Part shown: in pieces, positions 1-7,905 of the stretch
Numbering within the stretch: the first letter of the stretch is position 1
Layout: each line of letters begins with the position of its first letter
Assembly (NCBI GenBank): GCA_035534155.1
Contig: DATLSK010000101.1
Span: 1 to 33,205 of the forward strand
DNA: 33,205 bases
Direction: 5' to 3'
Origin: Chloroflexota bacterium
Lineage (GTDB): Bacteria; Chloroflexota; UBA6077; FW602-bin22; CADDYW01
The notes under the pieces: generated by a model
The model's database searches: none
What the model was told of the DNA's origin: nothing
The model's input: only the letters and a program-made list of their open reading frames with translations
Program-made: the position numbers and the translations under genes

Positions 1-1248
1 CTGGGGGGGGTGCACGACGAGGCCGAGATCCGTGGCCATCGCCGAACCTACGTTGGGGCGATGCCCGGACGAATCATTCAAACGATGCGCTCGGCGGCTA
101 CGGTGAACCCGGTTTTCATGTTGGACGAGATTGATAAGTTGGGAGTCGATTTCCGCGGGGATCCGTCGTCGGCGTTACTCGAAGTTTTGGATCCGGAACA
201 AAACAACGAATTTACCGATCACTATCTCGACGTTCCGTACGATTTGTCGCGGGTGATGTTCATCACCACGGCAAACGTGCTCGATCCAATTCCCGCGGCG
301 CTGCGCGATCGGCTCGAAGTAATCGAGATTCCTGGGTACATTGAGGAAGACAAAGTTCAGATTGCTCGTCACTTCCTCGTGCCGAAGCAGTTTCGAGAGA
401 GTGGATTGACCGACCAGCGGGTGTCGATCACCGATGACGCGGTGACCCAGATCATTCGCAGCTACACCAGTGAAGCCGGCGTCCGAAATCTGGAACGCGA
501 GATCGGCTCGATTTGTCGCAAGGTCGCCCGAAGTGTTGCTTCGAGTCGTCGCTTCCCGCACGAGATCACGCGTAAAACGGTCACGCGCTATCTGGGTCCG
601 GCGCGGGTCATCTGGGGATTGGCCGAAGAGCGCGATGAAATTGGGGTGGCCACTGGTGTCTATTGGACGGAAGTGGGCGGGGATCTCGCGACCGTAGAGG
701 CGGCTTTGCTGGATGGTAAGGGAAAGCTGATTCTGACCGGGCAACTAGGCGACGTGATGAAGGAGTCGGCAACCGCGGCGATGAGCTACCTGCGCTCGCG
801 GGCCGATGCATTGCACTTGCCGGCAAAGTTCCCCGAGGCGTTGGACGTGCACATTCATCTGCCGGCCGGTGCCGTACCCAAGGACGGTCCGTCGGCTGGA
901 ATCACAATGGCGACGGCGATCACGTCGGCGCTCTTGAAGCGGCCGGTGCGACGCGATGTTGCGATGACGGGTGAGATTACATTGCGAGGGCGGGTTTTGC
1001 CAATTGGCGGCTTGCGCGAGAAGGCTTTGGCCGCGCACCGCGCGGGAATCAAGACGTTTGTGCTACCCCGTAAGAACTTGAAGGACCTGGTCGACGTTCC
1101 CGACCGCGTTCGTCGCGAGCTGCGATTCATGCCGGTCGATCATATGGATGAGGTATTGAGCATTGCCTTGCTGCCGAGCAGTGAGTCGATTCGATCAGTC
1201 GCCTCGGCCAGAGAACCTGTCGATTTGCCGGCGGTCGTCTCATGCTGA
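1..1248 (+). CDS. lon: Lon protease (LonA), C-terminal ~415 aa; the 5' end lies outside the window
   Basis: Frame 1 is open from base 1. [26 protein letters not shown] and [19 protein letters not shown] (catalytic Ser region) are hallmark LonA motifs. Confidence 0.95.
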   Translation: MGGVHDEAEIRGHRRTYVGAMPGRIIQTMRSAATVNPVFMLDEIDKLGVDFRGDPSSALLEVLDPEQNNEFTDHYLDVPYDLSRVMFITTANVLDPIPAALRDRLEVIEIPGYIEEDKVQIARHFLVPKQFRESGLTDQRVSITDDAVTQIIRSYTSEAGVRNLEREIGSICRKVARSVASSRRFPHEITRKTVTRYLGPARVIWGLAEERDEIGVATGVYWTEVGGDLATVEAALLDGKGKLILTGQLGDVMKESATAAMSYLRSRADALHLPAKFPEALDVHIHLPAGAVPKDGPSAGITMATAITSALLKRPVRRDVAMTGEITLRGRVLPIGGLREKALAAHRAGIKTFVLPRKNLKDLVDVPDRVRRELRFMPVDHMDEVLSIALLPSSESIRSVASAREPVDLPAVVSC

Positions 1249-2438
1249 CGCGACGTCGGTTGCTTCGACTAGGGGCACTTGCCGCGCTGGCCGCGCCGGC
1301 GTTAGCCAGCGTCGGCTGCGCGACAAATACCCTGATCTCGTCTCTCACCGTTTCGGCGACGACAATTCAGCCGGACGGCTCGGGCGTCTTCGACGAGGCA
1401 GACGTTGGCTTTACACTCGACCAGCGGGCTGACGTCTCGGCGACGTTGATTGGACCCGACGGTAAGTCTTACGTTATCCGTCCATCGCAAACCCGGGCCC
1501 CCGACAAATACCAGATTCGGTTCCGTGGCATCATCCAGGTGCCGGGAAAAGATTGGCTGCGGGTCGTGCCAGACGGTAGGTATCGCCTGCAGGTCGTCGC
1601 GAAGAGTCTGACAAGTGGACAGACTGTCCAACGAGACGCGACAATTACCGTGAAGAATGCCGACACGGTGCCGCCGGAGATCATAAACGTCTACGTCGAG
1701 CCGAAGACCTTTTCGCCGAACGGTGACGGGATCAACGACACGGTACGCGTTAGCTACCAGATTACCAAGGCTTCACAGGTACGGATTTACGTCACTGACG
1801 CGAAGGGCGGCTTCTACTTGATTCAAGCGCCTGTCACTAGTGATCAGGCTCTGCATTCGTTCCAGTGGGACGGGACAGCCGGGGGAGGCGCCGTTTTGCC
1901 CGACGGGACCTACCAGTTCCACATCGAATCGACCGACGCGGCCGGAAATTTCACCGACTATGTGACGGCGGTGACGATTGCCAACGGTGGAATTCCTCGG
2001 ATGGAAATTACCGACGTGAAGTTCACCCCAACCGCGGTGCCACTTGGTGGCACGATCACGGTGCAGATTACCGTGAAGAACACCGGAACCGCGGCGATCA
2101 AGACGCTTGGACCGCCTCCGGGCACGCCCTATAAAATGTCACAGAATTTTGCCAGCTTTAGGGATGCTCAGGGGCGCGCGCTCTACTACGAGCGCCCCGG
2201 TGTCTGGCGGGTTGGCGTGAGCTGGCAAAACGCGCCGCAGGCATTTCCGGTTCGCTGGGGTTTGTTCAAAGACCTGAATCAGGATTTCAAGCCGGGTGAA
2301 ACGGTAACCGTCAGCGGCACGATCACCGTCGATGATTCGACCCAGCATCAACAGGTGTTTTACGCTGGCATCATCCAGGAAGGGGTTGGCTATCCGGGCG
2401 GACAGGTTGGCTTCACGCCGATTACGATCAGCTACTGA
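1242..2438 (+). CDS. Secreted protein or putative lipoprotein with FlgD-Ig-like repeats and a CARDB-like C-terminal domain
   Basis: The N-terminus [26 protein letters not shown] is a twin-Arg-like signal with a Cys at a lipobox-like position. [16 protein letters not shown] is an FlgD-Ig-like signature. [30 protein letters not shown] is CARDB-like. The ATG overlaps the lon stop by 7 nt. Confidence 0.75.
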   Translation: MLTRRRLLRLGALAALAAPALASVGCATNTLISSLTVSATTIQPDGSGVFDEADVGFTLDQRADVSATLIGPDGKSYVIRPSQTRAPDKYQIRFRGIIQVPGKDWLRVVPDGRYRLQVVAKSLTSGQTVQRDATITVKNADTVPPEIINVYVEPKTFSPNGDGINDTVRVSYQITKASQVRIYVTDAKGGFYLIQAPVTSDQALHSFQWDGTAGGGAVLPDGTYQFHIESTDAAGNFTDYVTAVTIANGGIPRMEITDVKFTPTAVPLGGTITVQITVKNTGTAAIKTLGPPPGTPYKMSQNFASFRDAQGRALYYERPGVWRVGVSWQNAPQAFPVRWGLFKDLNQDFKPGETVTVSGTITVDDSTQHQQVFYAGIIQEGVGYPGGQVGFTPITISY

Positions 2439-2458
2439 CCGACGGGCTCAAACGGGGC

Positions 2459-3409
2459 GTGGCGATTCAATGGGGCGTGAGCGTGGCGCGTGATCTCGCG
2501 GTCGTTGTCGTCAGTCACAATACGAAGGATTTGCTGCGCGTTTGCTTGCGGTCACTATTGGCGAGCCTGGCGCGTTCGCAAGACGTCCTCTCCCACGAGC
2601 TGTTCGTCGTCGACAACGGGTCGCACGACGGAAGCCCGACCATGGTTGCCGACAATTTCCCCACGGTTCGCCTGATCCGCCTGCCGGAAAATCGCGGGTT
2701 CGCCGCTGGCAACAACGTCGCGATTCGTCAGGCCGAGGCGCGCCACGTTTTGCTGCTGAATCCGGATACCGAAACGCTGGGCGAGGCACCGGCCCGTCTG
2801 GTAAAGTATCTCGACGATCACCCCGGCACCGGTGCAGCCGGCGGGCGCTTGCTCAATCCTGATCTGACCTTTCAGCATTCCTGCTTTCGATTTCCCACCT
2901 TACCCATGACTTTCTTAGACTTCTTTCCCATCAACCACCGGTTGTCGAACTCGCGACTCAACGGGCGCTACCCGCGCGCCTGGTACACGCAGCCGTTTGA
3001 GATCGACCACCCGCTTGGCGCGTGCCTGATCGTCCGGAGCGAAGTTATCCAGCAGGTTGGTCCGCTCGACGAGGGCTTCTACATGTATTGCGAAGAAGTT
3101 GACTGGTGCCTGCGGATCAAGCAGGCCGGTTGGAAGATCGGTTACACACCAGACGCGGAGATCATCCACGTTGGCGGAGCCAGCGCCCGGCAGAACGTTG
3201 GGCCAATGTTCGTCGAGCTGCACCGGAGCCGTGACCGTTTCTTTCGCAAGCATTATGGCTCCGCGTTTGCTGGAGCGGCCCGGGCGATCGTTCGGCTTGG
3301 TTCCCGGGCCAAGAGTGCCGACGCACTGCGGGAGCGCGAGCGCGGCCAAATCGACGAGGGTGAGCTCAGGCGTCGCCTGGCGATCTACCAGGAAGTTAAT
3401 CGATGGTAA
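2459..3409 (+). CDS. Family 2 glycosyltransferase (GT-A fold)
   Basis: The motifs VVVSHNTKDLL, VVDNGSHDGS, ENRGFAAGNN and LLLNPD are typical GT2/rhamnosyltransferase-like. The GTG start is uncertain by a few codons. Confidence 0.85.
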   Translation: MAIQWGVSVARDLAVVVVSHNTKDLLRVCLRSLLASLARSQDVLSHELFVVDNGSHDGSPTMVADNFPTVRLIRLPENRGFAAGNNVAIRQAEARHVLLLNPDTETLGEAPARLVKYLDDHPGTGAAGGRLLNPDLTFQHSCFRFPTLPMTFLDFFPINHRLSNSRLNGRYPRAWYTQPFEIDHPLGACLIVRSEVIQQVGPLDEGFYMYCEEVDWCLRIKQAGWKIGYTPDAEIIHVGGASARQNVGPMFVELHRSRDRFFRKHYGSAFAGAARAIVRLGSRAKSADALRERERGQIDEGELRRRLAIYQEVNRW

Positions 3410-4188
3410 GGCCGGCGGTAACCGCGGCGATCATCGCTCGGGATGAAGCAAGCCACCTGGGGCACTGCTTGGCCGCGCTCGCCTGGGCCGATGAACGGCT
3501 GGTTATTCTGGACGAGCGCACCATCGACCGGAGCGCCGAAATCGCCGAGGAGTCGGGCGCCCGGCTGGTCAGGCAGCCGTTCAGATCGTTTCCGGCCCAA
3601 AGGAACTTCGCCCTCGGTCGGGTGACCACCCCTTGGATCCTGTTTGTCGACGCTGACGAGCGCGTGACGTCGGCATTGGCGGAGGAAATTGGTCGCGTCG
3701 TTACATGTGACTCCGCCGACAGACCGGTCGGCTATTGGATTCCTCGCCGAAACTATATCTGGGGTGGTTGGATTCGACATGGGGGCTGGTTTCCTGACCG
3801 CCAGCTACGCCTGATGAAGGTCGAAGCGGCACGCTACGACGAACAGCGTGACGTTCACGAATTAGTCGTGCTTGCCGGCGAGAGCGGAATTCTCAGCGAA
3901 TCGTTAATCCACTACAACTACGATCGAATTGGCCAATTCATTGACAAGCAACGGCAGTACTCAACGCTCGACGCCAAGCGTCTGGCACGGGCGGGACAGC
4001 GCGCGAAGCCGCGAAATTTCGTGCTCCAGCCAGCGCGTGAGCTGCGACGTCGGTTAGTTCAGCTCGAAGGGCACAAAGATGGCTGGCGCGGCTTTGCGTT
4101 GGCGAGCTTACTCGCTTTTTATACCGGCGTTACCTACGCCAAGCTGGTTCGGGAGAGCCTCGAAGGGTCGGTAGAGTCCCCGCCGTGA
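3403..4188 (+). CDS. Family 2 glycosyltransferase (LPS-core/WaaE-like type)
   Basis: TAAIIARDEASHLGHCL and ILFVDADERV (DXD) match the family. The ATG overlaps the stop of the preceding GT2 gene by 7 nt. Confidence 0.8.
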   Translation: MVRPAVTAAIIARDEASHLGHCLAALAWADERLVILDERTIDRSAEIAEESGARLVRQPFRSFPAQRNFALGRVTTPWILFVDADERVTSALAEEIGRVVTCDSADRPVGYWIPRRNYIWGGWIRHGGWFPDRQLRLMKVEAARYDEQRDVHELVVLAGESGILSESLIHYNYDRIGQFIDKQRQYSTLDAKRLARAGQRAKPRNFVLQPARELRRRLVQLEGHKDGWRGFALASLLAFYTGVTYAKLVRESLEGSVESPP

Positions 4189-4287
4189 CGGCCAGAGTAC
4201 TCCCGCGCCTTCGTGGCTTTCGCCCCTCGGTCCTGGGCCGGTCTTTTGAGACAGCGATCGGGGCGCCAACACAACCTTATACGTCGG

Positions 4288-5553
4288 TCATTCCGCTATA
4301 GTTTTCGCCTCGACCGATGCTTCGACTTGATTCAGCTCGTCGAGAAGCTCGCGTAAGAATCCACCCGCGTCCATGACGATGCCGATTGTCTGGAAGCTGC
4401 CTCGGTCGACGAGCTTGGTCAGGACTGATGGATTGATATCCACACAGGCAGTGTGAACCGTCGCCGGCAGAAGGTTGCCAACCGCGATGGAATGGAGCAT
4501 CGTCGAAAGCATGAGCGCCACTTGAACGCCGTCGTGGATGCGTTGTCGCATCTGCCGCTGCGCTTCGAGTACGTCCGTGATGACCTCAGGAAGCGGGCCG
4601 TCATCGCGGATCGAGCCGGCGAGCACGAAATCGACTCCATGCGTGATACAACTGTACATAACGCCGCTGGTCAAGATTCCTTGTTCGACGGCCTGGCGGA
4701 TACCGCCGACTCCCCGGATGCGGTTGATCGCCCGCAAATGATGCTCGTGCCCGGTTTCCATCGCGGCGCCGCCGTCCAGAGGAACTCCGAGGGATGTCTT
4801 GAACAGAGAGTACTCGATGTCATGCGTCGCCAGGGCGTTGCCGGCGAAGAGGTAGTTAACGTATCCCCTCTCGATAAGCTGGCAGAGGTAGTCGCGCGAG
4901 CCGGTATGGATGACGGCAGGACCGGCGACGACCAGGTTCTTGAGGCCGGCCTGGCGGCATTGGTGCATCCAGAGCGCCGCTTCACGTACAGCGCGCGAGT
5001 TCGGTCGCTCGCTAGAGATCGAGCTGTTCATGAAGCCAAATGACGGAATTGGGGAGCGTGACCGCTCGAGAGGTACGACCCTGATGCCCCGATGGCCGAC
5101 GACGACAGGCTGACCCGCGGTTAAGTCATTGATTGGCCAGCAGTTCGCGTGGTCGCCCTCGATTACGATGGCACAATCCATCTCCGGGTGCTCGACCGGA
5201 ATCCAGTGTCCGTTTCGGCGCACCCAGGTTTCGAGATTCGTGGTCGAGTAAAAATCCTCGGGCGCCACCCCGTTACAGGGACTAGGCGCAATGTCGATTT
5301 CTTCGAGCTCGAGCGGAAGCGCACCCAGGCGGCGGGCCTCACCAACCGCACGGTCGAGATCTTCCTGATTGCTGGCGATGATTTCAATGCGCGCGTAGCT
5401 GGTATCCCGCTTCTGGCGACCGACCTGGAGGGACTCAATATTGAATTCAACCCCGAGGTCCATCATCTCGTCGAGTATCTTCGGAAGGATCATCGAGTCG
5501 ATGATGTGGCCACGTACTTCGATGACCTGGGTAAAATGCTGATCTGTCGGCAT
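4288..5553 (-). CDS. TIGR00300-family protein with an LOR/SDH conserved N-terminal domain (candidate archaeal-type ornithine cyclodeaminase family)
   Basis: VIEVRGHIIDSMILPKILDEMMDLGVEFNIESLQVG matches my recollection of the LOR/SDH conserved region. I moved the start to ATG 5553 (MPTDQH) because GGTGAGGAGA lies just upstream; the track start at 5565 is a GTG inside that SD. Confidence 0.75.
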   Translation of the reverse strand: MPTDQHFTQVIEVRGHIIDSMILPKILDEMMDLGVEFNIESLQVGRQKRDTSYARIEIIASNQEDLDRAVGEARRLGALPLELEEIDIAPSPCNGVAPEDFYSTTNLETWVRRNGHWIPVEHPEMDCAIVIEGDHANCWPINDLTAGQPVVVGHRGIRVVPLERSRSPIPSFGFMNSSISSERPNSRAVREAALWMHQCRQAGLKNLVVAGPAVIHTGSRDYLCQLIERGYVNYLFAGNALATHDIEYSLFKTSLGVPLDGGAAMETGHEHHLRAINRIRGVGGIRQAVEQGILTSGVMYSCITHGVDFVLAGSIRDDGPLPEVITDVLEAQRQMRQRIHDGVQVALMLSTMLHSIAVGNLLPATVHTACVDINPSVLTKLVDRGSFQTIGIVMDAGGFLRELLDELNQVEASVEAKTIAE

Positions 5554-5584
5554 GCTTCTCCTCACCGGTCAGGGCCGTTAGCAG

Positions 5585-5614
5585 ATTCTAATTCATGGGA
5601 ACCCGGACTAGCAA
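5585..5614 (-). promoter_or_regulatory. Candidate sigma-70 promoter TTGCTA-18 nt-TAGAAT for the TIGR00300-family gene
   Basis: On the minus strand the -35 is at 5614-5609 and the -10 at 5590-5585, about 30 nt upstream of ATG 5553. Confidence 0.4.
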
Positions 5615-5646
5615 GCCGCGTGACCGGTATTCAGAAAGAAAGCGGG

Positions 5647-5685
5647 CCCAGGAGGTGAGCGACACAAATGGCGTCACCTCCTGGG
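5647..5685 (-). terminator. Hairpin terminator downstream of the stress-protein gene
   Basis: A perfect 12-bp stem pairs CCCAGGAGGTGA (5647-5658) with TCACCTCCTGGG (5674-5685). On the minus strand it is followed by the T-rich run GCCCGCTTTCTTTCTG. Confidence 0.55.
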
Positions 5686-5703
5686 AGATACTGCAGGACC
5701 AGC

Positions 5704-6942
5704 TTAGGGCTGGTTGGATTGATCGTTGCCGATGGTCTCAATCGGAATCGTCACGCCGCCGGAGTGCTCTTGGGACGACAAGCCACTGTAGCCAGCCCCG
5801 CCTGGAGCGTAGGTCGCGCGATGGGCCGGATGACACGTGGACCAGTCGACAGAGGTCATTTGATCGCGCGCGACGTTTAACGTGATCCGATCGTTTTCGA
5901 CTTGCTGGACCCGATTGGGTGGAACAAACAGATTCGAGCATTGGAGCACGTGAACGCACTCGGCGCTCGCTTCTTGGACCGTACCGATCTTCTGGCCGTC
6001 GCTCGTGTAGACGTCGAACCCTGGCTTGACCCGATTTAGGTCTGATAAACCCACCAGACCCGTGGCGGCCACAACGCCTGCCGCGGTCAAAGGTTGACCT
6101 GACTCCCGATTCGAAGTCGGCAGATTGGTGGCGGACATTTGTCCGGTCTGAGCGGATGGCGGTCGAGTCCAGTGCTCGTCACTGACCCGGTCTGCGGGAA
6201 TGTTGAGCTTCACCCTATTCGGCCGGACTTCCGCAACCGCGCTCAAGGGAATGAAAACATCGTGCGTAAAGATGAATCCCTTCTTGGTCATCAGGTAGTT
6301 TGGTCCGACCTCGTCGACCTTACCGATTTGCTGGCCGTCGGCTCCGATGATCGCCCAACCGGGCTCAGCACTCTGCAACGCGGCGCTCGTTACAGGAGGA
6401 GCGCTCTCCGCGGGGATGGAGCGCACTTCGGTCGAACCTGGCTGACTTGTCGCGAGCTGGCTTGGCGCCGCGGGTGGCTGGGATGATGGCACGCGGGCGC
6501 GGCTGGGAGCGGAGATTGAGCCAAACTGACACATGATCAACTCGACCTCACGGGCCGGCCGGTCAGTCAGCACGGTGATGAGCGTATTGCCATCGCGCAC
6601 TTGTTGATCGTACCAACGAGCGTGATCAGGTTGGACTCCGAGGCAGGTAAGCAAGCCGGTCACGGTATCCTGATCCGCCCCCTCTCGGTGAAGGCAACCA
6701 GCGATTTGGCCGGCGACGAGAATGTCATTTTGTCCCGACAACGACACGATTTGCTGATCGGGAACCCAGTCGAACGGTTGCGAAACCGGAGCCCGCGGTG
6801 CACCGGCCGCGCGCGCTTGGGCTTGAATCTTGCGCGTTGCGATTCCGATGTTCGAGGCGGAGAAGCCTCGGTCGCGCAACTCACGGACCGCGGCTTCGGC
6901 CTGGTCACGGGTTGCGAAGACGCCGGTGATGATGTCCGCCAT
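5704..6942 (-). CDS. General-stress-type protein: YflT-like N-terminal domain plus two DUF2171/PRC-barrel-like repeats
   Basis: MADIITGVFATRDQAEAAVRELRDRGF is YflT-like. Two related modules are present: GADGQQIGKVDEVGPNYLM...NRVKLNIPADRV and TSDGQKIGTVQEASAECVH...DRITLNVARDQM. The SD is strong (AAAGAGGAGGAAATAACC-ATG). Confidence 0.7.
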   Translation of the reverse strand: MADIITGVFATRDQAEAAVRELRDRGFSASNIGIATRKIQAQARAAGAPRAPVSQPFDWVPDQQIVSLSGQNDILVAGQIAGCLHREGADQDTVTGLLTCLGVQPDHARWYDQQVRDGNTLITVLTDRPAREVELIMCQFGSISAPSRARVPSSQPPAAPSQLATSQPGSTEVRSIPAESAPPVTSAALQSAEPGWAIIGADGQQIGKVDEVGPNYLMTKKGFIFTHDVFIPLSAVAEVRPNRVKLNIPADRVSDEHWTRPPSAQTGQMSATNLPTSNRESGQPLTAAGVVAATGLVGLSDLNRVKPGFDVYTSDGQKIGTVQEASAECVHVLQCSNLFVPPNRVQQVENDRITLNVARDQMTSVDWSTCHPAHRATYAPGGAGYSGLSSQEHSGGVTIPIETIGNDQSNQP

Positions 6943-7032
6943 GGTTATTTCCTCCTCTTTAGGTGACAGGTCGACCGACGAGATGCGGTCCGGCGCAAAT
7001 CACGTGCCGCGGTGGGCTAGGTCTCGAACAAA

Positions 7033-7062
7033 TTGGCGATGCCGAGGCGCGCGTGATATAGT
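7033..7062 (+). promoter_or_regulatory. Candidate promoter TTGGCG-18 nt-TG-a-TATAGT directly abutting the punA start
   Basis: The -35 is at 7033-7038 and the extended -10 at 7054-7062. Only 6 nt separate the -10 from GTG 7069. Confidence 0.45.
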
Positions 7063-7068
7063 GCGCGT

Positions 7069-7905
7069 GTGAAAGGTGAACGAGAACGTGTCGCGGACGC
7101 CGTGAAGTGGATCCGCCGACGCACTTCAACTGTGCCCATGGTTGGGATCATCCTGGGCTCGGGACTGGGCAGCATTGCCGAGCGCATCGCTCCGCTGGCT
7201 CGCTGGTCGACGTCGGCCATTCCGGACTTTCCAATTTCTTCGGTGCCCGGCCACGCGGGCGAGCTGATTCTTGGACGAATTGGAGAGCAAACAGTCGCGA
7301 TTCTGTCTGGGCGCGTCCACGGTTATGAAGGGCACGAGCCGGACGTGCTCGGTTTCGGGGTGCGGGTCCTGCACGCCCTGGGCTGCGCGGACCTGATCAT
7401 CACGAATGCCTCTGGTGCTTTGAATCCAGACTTCCACTCCGGTGACATCATGCTGATCGACGACCACATTAGCCTGCCGGGGTTAGTTGGACGGAGCCCG
7501 CTGGCCGGGTCTGAGGTGAATCCGAACCTGTCCCGCTTCGTCGACTTGACCGAGGCGTACGATCCCGTGCTTCGAGCAGTCGCGACCGAGGTGGCCTTAG
7601 AAAACGGAATAGCCCCGCGGCGCGGCGTTTACGTGATGGTGGGTGGTCCCCACTACGAGACGCCCGCCGAGGTGCGCTTCCTCCGTTCGATCGGTGGCGA
7701 CGCGGTGGGCATGTCGACGGTTCCCGAGGTTATCGTCGGGCGTCAGCTCGCGATGCGCGTGCTGGCGCTGAGCGTCGTGAGCAACCCGGCGGCCGGTGTT
7801 CTCGCCGAGCCAATTGCCCACGAGCAGGTGCTCCAAGTCGTTGAACGAGCCGCGGGCCAGGTCGGAACGATCATCGCGGGCGTGATTGAGAGATCCGGGC
7901 CGTGA
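7069..7905 (+). CDS. punA: Purine nucleoside phosphorylase (trimeric PNP-I family)
   Basis: GIILGSGLG, VPGHAGELILGRIGEQTVAILSGRVHGYEGH, GPHYETPAEVRFLRSIGGDAVGMSTVPE. Confidence 0.9.
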   Translation: MKGERERVADAVKWIRRRTSTVPMVGIILGSGLGSIAERIAPLARWSTSAIPDFPISSVPGHAGELILGRIGEQTVAILSGRVHGYEGHEPDVLGFGVRVLHALGCADLIITNASGALNPDFHSGDIMLIDDHISLPGLVGRSPLAGSEVNPNLSRFVDLTEAYDPVLRAVATEVALENGIAPRRGVYVMVGGPHYETPAEVRFLRSIGGDAVGMSTVPEVIVGRQLAMRVLALSVVSNPAAGVLAEPIAHEQVLQVVERAAGQVGTIIAGVIERSGP

